A stretch of DNA of 32,000 nucleotides from Desulfocapsa sulfexigens DSM 10523 (GCF_000341395.1 NC_020304.1:3330001-3362000); one strand, 5' to 3'. Positions 1-10,655 are shown, counted from the stretch's first letter. The notes: generated from the sequence alone by a model not told the origin. Numbers and translations are program-made.

Positions 1-296
1 GCGGCATCCCGAGTTGGACCAAAAATGCGGAGTCCCTCTTTTTCAAAGGCATCGACCACACCTACGGTTAATGACATCTCAGGACCGATAACTGTTAAAT
101 CAATTTCCTGTTCTTTTGCGAAGGCTACCAGAGCATCAACGTCAGTAACGCTGATATCGACACATTCGGCCATTCTTTTTATTCCGGCATTTCCTGGGGC
201 ACAGAAAATTTTATTAACCCGTGTACTCTGGTGGATTTTCCATACCAGTGCATGCTCACGACCTCCCGATCCAACGACAAGAACCTTCATTTTCAT
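1..296 (-). CDS. purD: Phosphoribosylamine--glycine ligase, N-terminal part (continues off window)
   Basis: Reverse strand reads M(KM)KVLVVGSGGREHALVWKIHQSTRVNKIFCAPGNAGIKRMAECVDI...VIGPEMSL, the classic PurD N-terminus. ATG at 296 or 290. The 25..327 plus-strand ORF is its antisense shadow. Confidence 0.93.
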   Translation of the reverse strand, partial: MKMKVLVVGSGGREHALVWKIHQSTRVNKIFCAPGNAGIKRMAECVDISVTDVDALVAFAKEQEIDLTVIGPEMSLTVGVVDAFEKEGLRIFGPTRDA

Positions 297-479
297 ACTC
301 CCGATAAGTGTAAGTAGTAATCCCTAACAATTAGAGGAAAACCTATGTTTTTTTAGCTTATAAAAATAAAAACAGAATATAAGTAAATAGTTTCACTATA
401 TTAGCAAAGAGTGACAAACAGAAAAAAAATTACATACTTAAAAGACAAAAGATTGACAATTCTGACAAGACGAATACAA

Positions 480-497
480 TGAATGAACAACCATTCA
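480..497. promoter_or_regulatory. FadR-type (TetR) operator-like palindrome TGAATGAACAACCATTCA
   Basis: Arms TGAATG/CATTCA with 6-nt centre, 65 nt upstream of the TetR-family start. Close to the Bacillus FadR consensus TGAATGAATANTCATTCA. Confidence 0.6.
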
Positions 498-562
498 GTA
501 TATCCATCTTTCAAACATTTTCAAACAAGAAACTTTGATTTTAATATAACACATTCAGGCCA

Positions 563-1162
563 ATGAAAGCAGCAAATAAGCATTCTAAAATTATTCACGC
601 CGCCACCAAAGTTTTCGCAAAAAAAGGATTCTTTAATGCAAGGATATCTGATATTGCTAAAGAAGCCAAGGTTGCCGATGGTACTATCTATCTCTACTTC
701 AATAATAAATTTGACATCCTTATTTCAGTTTTTGAAGAAGAGATAGGAGCTTTGATTGAACAGGTTAAAAAACTTCTCGCTGCAGAAGACGATCCTCGAA
801 AAATGCTCGAAATATTTGCCCAAAAACACCTGACGGTTATGAAAAAAAATAAAAATCTGGCGGAAGTTATCCAGATAGAGCTGAGACAGAGTGCTAAACT
901 CATCAAAGACTATCGCAACAACAAATTCAGTGAGTATGTAAATATAATCTCTTCAATAATCAAACTTGGCCAGGAACAGAATATTTATCGCTCTTCCATT
1001 CGTCCAGGCATAGCTAAACGTGCCTTCTTTGGTGCACTCGATGAGATATCACGGATATGGACCGTTGGGGTCACAACAGAATACACCGTTGAAGAAACGA
1101 CTCAACAGGTACTTGAGATTTTTCTCTGTGGAATCCTGGAACCCGAGGCAGCCCTACGGTAA
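563..1162 (+). CDS. TetR/AcrR family transcriptional regulator, FadR-like (fatty acid metabolism)
   Basis: N-terminal HTH 'IIHAATKVFAKKGFFNARISDIAKEAKVADGTIYLYFNNKFDILISVFEEEI' typical of FadR-like TetR proteins; FadR-like palindrome upstream. Confidence 0.88.
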   Translation: MKAANKHSKIIHAATKVFAKKGFFNARISDIAKEAKVADGTIYLYFNNKFDILISVFEEEIGALIEQVKKLLAAEDDPRKMLEIFAQKHLTVMKKNKNLAEVIQIELRQSAKLIKDYRNNKFSEYVNIISSIIKLGQEQNIYRSSIRPGIAKRAFFGALDEISRIWTVGVTTEYTVEETTQQVLEIFLCGILEPEAALR

Positions 1163-1251
1163 ACAGCAGAGACCATTCCCCTCTCCCCCCCATTTTCTAA
1201 TTCTTCCACCAGTACATATCATTAATACCTTCTGATAGCCTACGCAACCCA

Positions 1252-1749
1252 TCAACTGAAGGAAGAGGGACGGATAGAAATCACCTCAAATTCCCTGGTT
1301 CCTCCTGGTGTTACAGCAGTAACATCATCACCTACTTCTTTACCAAGGAGACTCTTCCCAAGTGGCGAAAAAACTGATATTGAGCCCTTCTTTACGTCAG
1401 CTTCCTCAGAGCCAAGCAACTGGTAGGTAACCTCCTCGTCAGTATCAAGATCAAGGAGTTCAACAACGGTACCAAACACTGCTCTCTCACAGGAAACTTT
1501 TGTACAATCGATCACCTCGGCACGACCAAGCTTATCCTTTAGATCCATGATCCGGCCTTCAATCATCCCCTGACGTTCCTTGGCAGCATGATATTCTGCA
1601 TTTTCTTTGAGATCGCCGTGCTCTCGTGCAATCTCAATGGCCTTAACAACAACATGCCTCTCAACGCGTTCAAGATTGTTTAATTCTTCTTTTAATGCAA
1701 TATATCCTGTTTTTGACATCGGAACGCGCATTACCATTTCTTTCTCCAT
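1252..1749 (-). CDS. greA: Transcription elongation factor GreA
   Basis: MSKTGYIALKEELNNLERVERHVVVKAIEIAREHGDLKENAEYHAAKERQGMIEGRI... and C-terminal 'SPLGKSLLGKEVGDDVTAVTPGGTREFEVISI'. Confidence 0.96.
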   Translation of the reverse strand: MEKEMVMRVPMSKTGYIALKEELNNLERVERHVVVKAIEIAREHGDLKENAEYHAAKERQGMIEGRIMDLKDKLGRAEVIDCTKVSCERAVFGTVVELLDLDTDEEVTYQLLGSEEADVKKGSISVFSPLGKSLLGKEVGDDVTAVTPGGTREFEVISIRPSSFS

Positions 1750-1810
1750 ATAAAAAAATAACTCCTGTAAAGTACATCTCTACAGGAGTACAAGACTAAA
1801 AACACAATTT

Positions 1811-4800
1811 TTACCAGCGATAAATCACAGAGCCGACAAAACCAATATTCTGAACATCTGCTCCTGATATGTATTCAACCCTGCCATTTAATAAAAAATG
1901 ACGACTCATTTCAAGAAAAATCTGTGCTTTGACCTCATGATTATCATATCCGCCCATTTCATAGCCAAAGGAATATTCAATTGTGTAATAACTTGGTGCA
2001 CCACGCCCAAGGATATCGTCCGCTAACTGATGTTCAAAAGATAGAGTAAATAGATGCTGCCAGTACTCCCTGGGACTCCAGTACGGGTGATCTAAAACCG
2101 AAAAACCTGAAGGGTAGTTATAATCCTTAGGCCTGTTCCCTTCACCATTATGGGAATACTCGTAACCATAACGAAACTGTAACAATGTCGGCTCAGAATG
2201 GATAATGTATGAACTCCACAGCTCGTAACGATTTTGATAGTTCCCATCCGAATATTCAGTAAAGAGATAATCAGCACCACCAAAAAGACGAGGCAGCAGA
2301 TCAAGACGTACTCCTGCAACGTACCCTTTCTCATTAATACCTTTTTTCAAGGCCTCAACACTGTCTTCAACAATATTCTGTGATACTCCCAGATATCCAC
2401 GAACACCATCCCCTATTCTACCATTCACCTGAAAATCATAGAGAAATGTGTTGCTGTAATAGTCATCTGGACTGGCAACGCCCAGGGCAACTTTGAAATC
2501 CAAGTCATAAATAGGACTCCATTTCAATATTGCCTCAAGGTGATCGTGCCAGAGGTCATCCTCCACATCTAAAGATTCGCTATAGCTTCGTTTTGCATTA
2601 AACAGGATTTCATGGTTAAAGGAAGGCATAAACCATGCTTGAATTCCACCACTTCTCTGCCTGATATCATAATGTTCTTCCCGTTCATCCTTTGCATCCA
2701 TTGAAAAGAAAGGCGCTATCTGGGGGAGTCTTTTAAGACTGTTTCGTTGGCTGGCTTCATCCAGATCCGGATATCCAGGGCTTTCTTTTTTCAGTATTTC
2801 ATATAAAGCAGCCTCCTTACCAAGAAAACCGAGGCGACTGTATACACCGGCCAGGTCAAAAAGATTTTCGGCCGATTGATTCTCTTCTATTATTTCCTGA
2901 TACTCATTCATCGCCTGATAGTAGTTTCCATCAACCATTGCCTTTCTAACAGAAAGTTCGCGAATGACAATTTGCTGCCATCGATATGCCGGATAAAATT
3001 CTGTAGCTACCCTTACTTCAGGTTCTCGTATATATTTACGATAAAACTGTGGGCTCATAACGACTGTGAGACGATCAGGTTCGGCTGGATGGGTAAAAGT
3101 AATGATATTAAAAAATGTTTTTTCAGGAACAGGCAGAGTGAGTTCTATATTCATACTGGAAATCTTGTTGGAAAATTCCTGTTCGACTGGTGGGTTAACA
3201 AGGGATCCATAAAGAAGCAATGCGTCTTCAAATCTTTTATCTGCCCAGAATGAACGTGCCAGTAATAACTGCTGCCCCACAGGTAGAGAAGAAATTTCAG
3301 GAACCATCTTACGAACACTTAGACTGCTTTCGCCGCTCTTTACTGTTTTCCACACAGGAGCTAATTCTTCTATGAGATCCGTAAATTTGGCACTCTTAAA
3401 CTGTAATTCCAGATAATTCTGTTTAAAACCATACTCATTTGGATACTCGCTGGAAAGCTGCTGAAACATGCTAAGAGCACCAAAATTATCACCAAGGGAT
3501 TTCAACAGTCTCGCTTTAAGGACTCGAGCCCTAAGAGAGAGAGGATTGCTCACTAGATATTTTTCGCATACAAGCAAAGCAGTAGAAAAGGCTTTATAAT
3601 TTTCCAAAGTGTATGCAGTATCAAGATAAACAGAGGCAGGCTGGTCTTCAATAGTTCTCAGGATTGATCCATGTTGCCCTTCATTCTGTTTTTCATCGAT
3701 CAGCATGGAAAGTGTTAACAAATTCGGTTTATCATGAGTCGAATGAAGGAGTTTATCTATAATTTTCTGTGCCTTTCTGTATTCTCCATTCTGGAAATAC
3801 AGTTCTGCAACTAAGGCTTTCAGTTCTGGACACAAGGCCTCCTGGTCACCACAGTCGGCCTTATGAGTATTCAGATAATCCTCTAACAACTCAATAGCAA
3901 CTTCCGTCTGTCCTGACATCTGGAGAATCTGAATTTTCGTTAAAAAATCACGTTCCTCTCCTGATTTGTCATCTGATCGTGATTCCTTTGTATCCAGCAC
4001 CAAGTACTCATACCACTTCCAGGCATTGTCCCAATCGCGATTAAGAAGGTTGGTCTTTATTAACCGTTGCAGTATTTTCGCTGAATCATCTTCAGATATT
4101 AAACGCAACCGCAATTGCTGTTCAGCTTCAAAGTACTGGCCCTCTGATTGAAGCACCGTAATCAGTGCATCAGCTACGACCTCTTTTTCACCACTGGAGA
4201 GTTCACACATCTCTCGAAAGTTACGATAAAAGTCGCTTGCCAAGGTGAACAAGTTGTTTGCAATTAAAGCCTCACCATATAAAAAACTCCCCTTCTTAAA
4301 AACAGAACCGTTAAGAGACTTTTCAGGAAGCATGGCATAAAAGGAATGTAACAGATCTATATGACCTGTTTTGCCGGCAAGCTGCAGCCCCTTAAACAAA
4401 ACGGGATAATCATCAGGGGCCTCACCAAGGTATCTTTTGTAATAGTTAAGAGTTGAATATTCATCATTCCGCTTCTCTGCAATACTCGCACGCAGTATGA
4501 AATAGTCCTTCCCTCTTTGAAAATCAGCTTCCAAGCTATCAAGGGCCTCAATTGCCAATGAATATACGCCTTTATTGTAATAAAGACCGGCAAGCTTAAA
4601 CAAGATCTCCTGGTCTCCGGGATTATGTTCATGAATAATCTCAAGGACTTCAAGGAGTTCACTTTTTTTATCTAAAGCCTCTAACTGTTCAGCCATGGAA
4701 TAATAGACAGCAAGACGGTCGGGAATAACTTTGGCAAGATCACGCCAGAGGTTCCAGGCACCCTCATTTTCTACAATAACAAGGAGATCATTAGCAAGTA

Positions 4801-5863
4801 TTGCCTGAATCCTCTTTATTTCAGAGATAACTTCAGTGTCCCCTGGATTTCTTTTTCGATATTCATCGTAATAAAAAAGGGCTTTATCTGGACGTCCCTC
4901 ATGATAAAGAAATACCTTACCCGTCTGTAAAAAAAGTAATGGTGTCTCTTCACCATGAGCTATTCGAATAAGAAGATGAGTTAAGGCCTTATGCTCAAGA
5001 TTATTTTCAATATAGTAGGTGGAGAGTTTTTTATGAAAAGGGAGATAGAAAGGATGGAATTTCAGATATCCACGCCAGCTGGATACAAGCATTTCGTCAT
5101 TATTACTTGCCTCAAACAGGGGAATGCTTTCCAGGTAGTCGCGATCCGTGCCATCAAATTCTGTGAGTAACGTACTATAATAATTTAAAGCCTTCTCATT
5201 GTCCCCACGTTCTTTACTGAAACGAGCAAGCTGTCGAATTAAATGTTCATCGTGTGGAACCAGCAGATAGAGTTGCTCCATTAAAGGATATGCCATATCC
5301 ATTCGATCAAGTTTCTGCAAAGCGTGGATTTGAGCATTAAGCGCTTCAAGAGCCCATGGACCATCTGGAGACATTGTATAAACCTGTCCCATATATTTAG
5401 CTGCCAGTTCATAGTGTTTCTGAACCAGCGCAATTCTTCCGCCATAAACCAAATACTCAGGTGAGGCGGAGTCAATTTCAAGAAGTTTATGAATAACCTG
5501 TCCGGCCTCTTTCCACTCTCCGAGTTCCATCAATAAAATCACATACTCACGAAGAGCCTCTTCAATAAAAGGTTTCTCAACAAATAGTTTACGGTACAGG
5601 GCAACCGATTCTACATTATCTCCGTTTGATGATGCAGCTCTGGCACGTTTCCAAAGCTGCATCCATGCAGGTTCTACGGTGTCACTCTGAACCACCAGGG
5701 AAGGACCGGGGGGGGATGCCAATGAACTTTCAGATTCATCAGCAACTACAGTGAAGGGAAGCGATACTAATAGTGAGAGACAAATACACAGGACAAAGTG
5801 TCGCCCGGGAAATTTTTTCCCTGTTTTATATGAATACAATATCACAGCACGCCTACTGTGCAA
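1811..5863 (-). CDS. Large tetratricopeptide-repeat outer-membrane protein with C-terminal beta-barrel-like domain
   Basis: 1350 aa; hydrophobic signal 'FVLCICLSLLVSLPFTVVA'; many TPR-like helices; C-terminal third rich in alternating aromatic strands and ends '...GSVIYRW' (terminal aromatic, OMP-like). Architecture resembles PgaA/PelB/NfrA-type TPR-barrels. Confidence 0.75.
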   Translation of the reverse strand: MHSRRAVILYSYKTGKKFPGRHFVLCICLSLLVSLPFTVVADESESSLASPPGPSLVVQSDTVEPAWMQLWKRARAASSNGDNVESVALYRKLFVEKPFIEEALREYVILLMELGEWKEAGQVIHKLLEIDSASPEYLVYGGRIALVQKHYELAAKYMGQVYTMSPDGPWALEALNAQIHALQKLDRMDMAYPLMEQLYLLVPHDEHLIRQLARFSKERGDNEKALNYYSTLLTEFDGTDRDYLESIPLFEASNNDEMLVSSWRGYLKFHPFYLPFHKKLSTYYIENNLEHKALTHLLIRIAHGEETPLLFLQTGKVFLYHEGRPDKALFYYDEYRKRNPGDTEVISEIKRIQAILANDLLVIVENEGAWNLWRDLAKVIPDRLAVYYSMAEQLEALDKKSELLEVLEIIHEHNPGDQEILFKLAGLYYNKGVYSLAIEALDSLEADFQRGKDYFILRASIAEKRNDEYSTLNYYKRYLGEAPDDYPVLFKGLQLAGKTGHIDLLHSFYAMLPEKSLNGSVFKKGSFLYGEALIANNLFTLASDFYRNFREMCELSSGEKEVVADALITVLQSEGQYFEAEQQLRLRLISEDDSAKILQRLIKTNLLNRDWDNAWKWYEYLVLDTKESRSDDKSGEERDFLTKIQILQMSGQTEVAIELLEDYLNTHKADCGDQEALCPELKALVAELYFQNGEYRKAQKIIDKLLHSTHDKPNLLTLSMLIDEKQNEGQHGSILRTIEDQPASVYLDTAYTLENYKAFSTALLVCEKYLVSNPLSLRARVLKARLLKSLGDNFGALSMFQQLSSEYPNEYGFKQNYLELQFKSAKFTDLIEELAPVWKTVKSGESSLSVRKMVPEISSLPVGQQLLLARSFWADKRFEDALLLYGSLVNPPVEQEFSNKISSMNIELTLPVPEKTFFNIITFTHPAEPDRLTVVMSPQFYRKYIREPEVRVATEFYPAYRWQQIVIRELSVRKAMVDGNYYQAMNEYQEIIEENQSAENLFDLAGVYSRLGFLGKEAALYEILKKESPGYPDLDEASQRNSLKRLPQIAPFFSMDAKDEREEHYDIRQRSGGIQAWFMPSFNHEILFNAKRSYSESLDVEDDLWHDHLEAILKWSPIYDLDFKVALGVASPDDYYSNTFLYDFQVNGRIGDGVRGYLGVSQNIVEDSVEALKKGINEKGYVAGVRLDLLPRLFGGADYLFTEYSDGNYQNRYELWSSYIIHSEPTLLQFRYGYEYSHNGEGNRPKDYNYPSGFSVLDHPYWSPREYWQHLFTLSFEHQLADDILGRGAPSYYTIEYSFGYEMGGYDNHEVKAQIFLEMSRHFLLNGRVEYISGADVQNIGFVGSVIYRW

Positions 5864-5892
5864 TTACTTTCCATAATGTCAAGAAAACAGTA

Positions 5893-7074
5893 TTAACCCT
5901 GGTAAAACGCGACAATCGTATCAACAATGTGTTTTTGCATTTCTTCAGTCAATTCAGGATAAATTGGAAGTGCAATGGTCGTTCTGGCTGCCTTTTCAGC
6001 ATGAGGTAAACTCGGCCTTTCGATGATTCCCTCCAGACATTCCTGTTCATGTAGGCATAGTGGATAGTATATTTCACAGCCAATATCATGAGAACGAAGC
6101 CATTTCAAAAGAGCATCTCTGTTCTCAACACGGATAACATACTGATTATAAATGTGATAGTTATGTTCAGTGCCAGAGAGGTTTGTGTCCGCGACGTTTT
6201 TGTAAACAGCCACAGGTGTTGTAAGGTTTTTATCAGTGATCAGAGTTGTCTCGGAAAACATTCTGTCATAAACGGCGGCATTTGTTCTTCTGGCTTTATG
6301 CCATTTTTCAAGATGTTTTAGCTTAATCCGCAGAACCGTTGCCTGAATTGGATCAAGCCTGAAATTTCCCCCAATCATGGCATGATAATATTTGGGATTT
6401 GCTCCGTGGTTACGGAGCATTTTGAGGAGTTTGTCAAAAGAAGAATCATTACTGACAACCATTCCTCCATCGCCAATTCCCCCGAGATTTTTGCTTGGAA
6501 AGAAGGAAAAACACCCAGCAATCCCCATGGTACCACTGCGTATCCATTCACCGGCAGAATTCGGATATTCTGCGCCGATTGCCTGTGCTGCATCCTCAAC
6601 TATTGGCACACCATATTGCTCTCCGAGTGCCATTATGGCCTCCATATCAGCACATTGGCCATAAAGATGCACCGGAATAATTGCCTTAATTGTTTTCTCA
6701 GTATCAGCTTCTAAAATCGCGGCCATGGCAACGGGATCAATATTAAAAGACTCCTCATTGATGTCAGCAAATACGGGTAATGCTCCACAACGTAAAATCA
6801 CCCCCATGGTGGCAAAAAAAGAGTAGGAGGTAGTCAAAACTCGATCACCCGGACCAATACCAAGTGCCATAAGAGCAACAAGAAGAGCGTCGGTACCACT
6901 TGATACACCAGTGGCAGTAGATACGTTGCAGTATTGAGCTATTTCCTGTTCCAGACCGAGCACCTCGGGACCCTGAATATACGTCGTCGAATCGACAACA
7001 TTTGTTACTGCAGTAATAATCTCATCACGTAACGGTAGCAGTTGGCTACCAAGATCTAATAATGGAATTTTCAT
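5893..7074 (-). CDS. DegT/DnrJ/EryC1/StrS family PLP-dependent aminotransferase
   Basis: MKIPLLDLGSQLLPLRDEI...VDSTTYIQGPEVLGLEQEIAQYCNVSTATGVSSGTDALLVALMALGIGPGDRVLTTSYSFFATMG...CFSFFPSKNLGGIGDGGM (PLP-lysine region). Confidence 0.93.
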   Translation of the reverse strand: MKIPLLDLGSQLLPLRDEIITAVTNVVDSTTYIQGPEVLGLEQEIAQYCNVSTATGVSSGTDALLVALMALGIGPGDRVLTTSYSFFATMGVILRCGALPVFADINEESFNIDPVAMAAILEADTEKTIKAIIPVHLYGQCADMEAIMALGEQYGVPIVEDAAQAIGAEYPNSAGEWIRSGTMGIAGCFSFFPSKNLGGIGDGGMVVSNDSSFDKLLKMLRNHGANPKYYHAMIGGNFRLDPIQATVLRIKLKHLEKWHKARRTNAAVYDRMFSETTLITDKNLTTPVAVYKNVADTNLSGTEHNYHIYNQYVIRVENRDALLKWLRSHDIGCEIYYPLCLHEQECLEGIIERPSLPHAEKAARTTIALPIYPELTEEMQKHIVDTIVAFYQG

Positions 7075-8054
7075 ACCTTTTGCACCATTCGTTTCCCATC
7101 GAAAAAATCTACAATATCTGGCATTTCAATTTCCAGATATTTCTTCATCTTCTTGAGCAAATTAACCTCTATTTGCCGGACACGTTCTCTCGAAATACCA
7201 AAGCGATCAGCTATCGTCTGAAGAGTCAGTGGCTCATCTGTTAGCAGTCTTTCTTCAAGAATCATCCTTTCCTTATCATTCAACTTTACCTTAAGAACCT
7301 TTAAGAGATCAGAAAGTTTCTCTTTCATCTGTTCACCGGCAACAACATCTTCGATTGCCGGTCCGTCCGATGGTATAAAACTTTTCTGTTCATCTTCAGA
7401 ATCTGAACGTACTGGACTTTCGAGGGAAACATCCCAACTGTCCATTCGCTGACTCATCTCGATAACTTCACTCTCTTTAACCTTTAATCGTTCAGCGAGA
7501 AGTTTGACCTCAGGTTTAAAACCCTGAGCCTCTAGAAGCTTTTTTTCTTTGTTCAGAGAAAAGAACAATTTGCGCTGGGCCTGAGTAGTCCCAATTTTCA
7601 CAAGACGCCAGTTATCCATGATAAACTTAAGGATATAGGCACGAATCCAATATGCTGCATAGTATGAAAACTTGACACCTCGGTAGGGATCAAACTTTTT
7701 GGTAGCCTGGACCAGGCCAACATTTCCTTCCTGTATCAGGTCCATAAAATTCTGCATCCAGTACTTTTGGAAATCCATTGCTACTTTTACCACAAGACGC
7801 AGATTAGCAGAGACCAGTCGATAAGCAGCATCCTGATTACCATCTTCCCGAAACTGAATCGCAAGCTCATCTGTCTCTTCCCTTGTAAGAAGCTCATACT
7901 GACTGATCTCCTGGAGATATCTATGAAGAGCCGGGTTGCTGACAGTTGGAAGATTAGTATCTTCGGGCATCGCTACCAGAGGATGCTCATGCGGTTTTAC
8001 TTCCCTATTTTCTTCTGAATCCTTTTTTATATCGCTTTCGTTCTTTGAGGTCAT
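7071..8054 (-). CDS. rpoH: RNA polymerase sigma factor, RpoH/sigma-32 type
   Basis: Sigma70 regions 2-4: 'NLRLVVKVAMDFQKYWMQNFMDLIQEGNVGLVQATKKFDPYRGVKFSYYAAYWIRAYI', RpoH box-like 'TTQAQRKLFFSLNKEKK', region 4 'LQTIADRFGISRERVRQIE'. Confidence 0.88.
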   Translation of the reverse strand: MTSKNESDIKKDSEENREVKPHEHPLVAMPEDTNLPTVSNPALHRYLQEISQYELLTREETDELAIQFREDGNQDAAYRLVSANLRLVVKVAMDFQKYWMQNFMDLIQEGNVGLVQATKKFDPYRGVKFSYYAAYWIRAYILKFIMDNWRLVKIGTTQAQRKLFFSLNKEKKLLEAQGFKPEVKLLAERLKVKESEVIEMSQRMDSWDVSLESPVRSDSEDEQKSFIPSDGPAIEDVVAGEQMKEKLSDLLKVLKVKLNDKERMILEERLLTDEPLTLQTIADRFGISRERVRQIEVNLLKKMKKYLEIEMPDIVDFFDGKRMVQKV

Positions 8055-8385
8055 ATCCTCTATCTCGTACCACCTGCTGGCGGGTATACTGGATCACTTG
8101 ATCTAAACAGATAAATTTCCGTCACGTAATCTCGTATTATTACTACTGATACAGGAAAAGGCAATCATTATATCCCTGCAGATAGAGTCATTTTGTTGAT
8201 ATTTCTTTTACTTTACAACATGTTACTGCATTTTTAAAATCCTGTCTAATCTGTATTACAATACCTTCACATCACTTAAAGTTAACAAATTCTATTTTAT
8301 TGTTTCCTGTTTTGTGCTAGAAGGTATGATTTCTAATGATACCTGTCACATTCTTGATCATTTTCTTCCACATTCTGCAGACCTT

Positions 8386-10179
8386 ATGAATAATATACGA
8401 AACTTTTCTATCATTGCCCATATCGATCATGGCAAGTCCACCCTTGCTGACCGAATGATCCAACTCTGCCAACAAGTCAGTGTTCGCGACTTTAAGGACC
8501 AGTTACTGGATAATATGGACATTGAACGAGAACGCGGCATTACCATTAAAAGTCAGACTATCTGCCTCCCATACATAGCAAAGGACGGGAAAGAGTATAT
8601 ACTCAATCTCGTTGACACACCAGGTCACGTCGACTTCAGTTACGAAGTGTCACGTGCACTCAGTTCCTGTGAAGGAGCTTTACTTCTTGTTGATGCTGCC
8701 CAGGGAGTGGAGGCCCAGACTCTTGCCAATCTCTATCTTGCCATGGAAAATGATCTTGAGATCATTCCTGTTATCAACAAAATTGATTTACCCTCAGCAG
8801 AACCTGAAAGAGTTGCTGCCCAGATCGAAGAAGACCTGGGCCTCGAAAAGGAACTCATCCAATACTGTTCCGCAAAAACAGGTATTGGCGTGGAAGGAAT
8901 CTTCGAGGCTATTGTGGAACATATTCCAGCCCCCTCAGGAGATCCAGAGGCCCCGCTTCAAGCTTTAATTTTTGATGCCAACTATGACCCCTTCCGGGGT
9001 ACCATTATTTCTATAAAAATTGTTAATGGAACGGTTAAAGCTGGTGACATTATACGATTCATGTCCAACAATTCCGAGTATCGGGTTGAAGAAGTTGGAC
9101 TGTTCAGGTTCAAGAGAGAAGCCGTAAAAAACTTAAGTGCCGGCTCGGTTGGTTATATACTGGCTGGGGTCAAAAGAGTCAGCGACACACGCCCTGGTGA
9201 CACGATCACATTAATAAAAAATCCCTGCCCGGAACCACTCAAAGGATTCAAGGAAGTACAACAGGTTGTATTTTCATCTATCTATCCGATAGCAACGGAT
9301 GAATATGAGGATCTTGCAACGGCCCTGGAAAAATTACAGCTTAATGATGCCGCCCTTACTTTCCAAAAAGACACCTCCGTCGCTCTGGGCTTTGGATTTC
9401 GCTGTGGTTTCCTTGGGCTACTCCACCTTGAAGTTATTCAGGAACGGCTCGAACGTGAATTTGATATTTCACTGATACTGACGGTACCATCGGTCAAATA
9501 TAATTTTTATTTAAAAAATGGAACACTGCTCGAAGTCGACAACCCCGCTTATTTCCCAGACCCGATGTCCATAGACAGGGTTGAAGAGCCATACATAAAG
9601 GCTACTATTCTTATCCCTGAAAAATACATGGGATCCTTGATGACTTTATGCATGGAACGCCGCGGGGAAAACACCAACTACCATTACCCAATGCCTGGAA
9701 GAATAGAATTCACCTGCGAACTCCCTCTGGCCGAAGTAATATATGATTTCTATGACAAGCTCAAATCTATCACTCAGGGTTACGGTTCGTTTGATTACGA
9801 ACTCATCGACTACCGGAAAAGTAATCTGGTCAAATTGGATATCTTAGTGAATGGAGAGGTTGTCGATGCGCTCTCCCAACTTGCTCATCGTGACAATGCA
9901 CGGGCGCGTGGGCTTCGAGCATGTGAACGCCTCAAAGAGGAAATTCCACGACAGATGTTCAAAATTGCAATCCAGGCAGCAATTGGTGGTACCATTGTCG
10001 CCCGAACAAATATTTCAGCACTTCGAAAAGACGTAACTGCCAAATGCTATGGTGGAGATATTTCCAGAAAAAGAAAACTCCTTGAGAAACAGAAAGCCGG
10101 TAAAAAACGTATGAAAACAGTTGGTAATGTTGAGATACCACAAAAAGCTTTCCTCGCCGTATTGAAATCCGACCAATAA
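8386..10179 (+). CDS. lepA: Elongation factor 4 (LepA) GTPase
   Basis: [25 protein letters not shown]...[12 protein letters not shown]...DTPGHVDF...NKIDLP; C-term '[46 protein letters not shown]'. Start set to 8386 (track ORF begins at 8314). Confidence 0.97.
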   Translation: MNNIRNFSIIAHIDHGKSTLADRMIQLCQQVSVRDFKDQLLDNMDIERERGITIKSQTICLPYIAKDGKEYILNLVDTPGHVDFSYEVSRALSSCEGALLLVDAAQGVEAQTLANLYLAMENDLEIIPVINKIDLPSAEPERVAAQIEEDLGLEKELIQYCSAKTGIGVEGIFEAIVEHIPAPSGDPEAPLQALIFDANYDPFRGTIISIKIVNGTVKAGDIIRFMSNNSEYRVEEVGLFRFKREAVKNLSAGSVGYILAGVKRVSDTRPGDTITLIKNPCPEPLKGFKEVQQVVFSSIYPIATDEYEDLATALEKLQLNDAALTFQKDTSVALGFGFRCGFLGLLHLEVIQERLEREFDISLILTVPSVKYNFYLKNGTLLEVDNPAYFPDPMSIDRVEEPYIKATILIPEKYMGSLMTLCMERRGENTNYHYPMPGRIEFTCELPLAEVIYDFYDKLKSITQGYGSFDYELIDYRKSNLVKLDILVNGEVVDALSQLAHRDNARARGLRACERLKEEIPRQMFKIAIQAAIGGTIVARTNISALRKDVTAKCYGGDISRKRKLLEKQKAGKKRMKTVGNVEIPQKAFLAVLKSDQ

Positions 10180-10192
10180 AATAAAAAAAAAG

Positions 10193-10229
10193 GGCGGAGA
10201 AATCATTAATGATTCCTCCGCCTTTTTTT
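10193..10229. terminator. Rho-independent, probably bidirectional terminator between lepA and the convergent Cys-rich gene
   Basis: GGCGGAG-A-AATCATTAATGATT-C-CTCCGCC followed by TTTTTTT and preceded by an A-run. Confidence 0.9.
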
Positions 10230-10258
10230 ATCAATATTGACAAAACTGAGAAAACTCT

Positions 10259-10552
10259 CTATTCCTTAACTTCTCCCCTGGACTCACACTTTTCTTTTAA
10301 AGGACATTTCTTGTCACTCAATACGTCCACACCCTTCTGAGCCATAATACTCAACAGCTCTTCTTTGCTGAACTTTGAATTTTTCTGTTTAGACACATAA
10401 ACAAGACAATCCCTGCAGATATTAAACGAATACTTGTCAACTTCCTCAATTATTTCCCAGCAAAGCCTCGAAGAACTCTCTTTTGCGGGACATGTTTGAG
10501 ATTCACTACATTTCATGATTTCCCAGCACTGCCATTCAGAGCGAAGTGACAT
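10259..10552 (-). CDS. Small Cys-rich protein with repeated CWE(I)-type motifs, unknown function
   Basis: 97 aa: 'WQCWEIMKCSESQTCPAKESSSRLCWEIIEEVDKYSFNICRDCLVY...KKCPLKEKC'. Confidence 0.7.
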   Translation of the reverse strand: MSLRSEWQCWEIMKCSESQTCPAKESSSRLCWEIIEEVDKYSFNICRDCLVYVSKQKNSKFSKEELLSIMAQKGVDVLSDKKCPLKEKCESRGEVKE

Positions 10553-10655
10553 AAGAAAGTCTCCTTACATGAATCGTTTTATCATATTACCTCATTGCTG
10601 AAGCAAAGGGCTTATAAGTACAAATGGGTATATATACCTACTACAAAAATTCAAC

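Noticed and set aside
25-327. 100-aa plus-strand ORF from the supplied track
   Set aside because: Antisense to clear purD N-terminal coding on the minus strand; no recognisable protein signature.
8314-8385. 24-aa N-terminal extension of LepA
   Set aside because: Family N-terminus [16 protein letters not shown] begins at ATG 8386.
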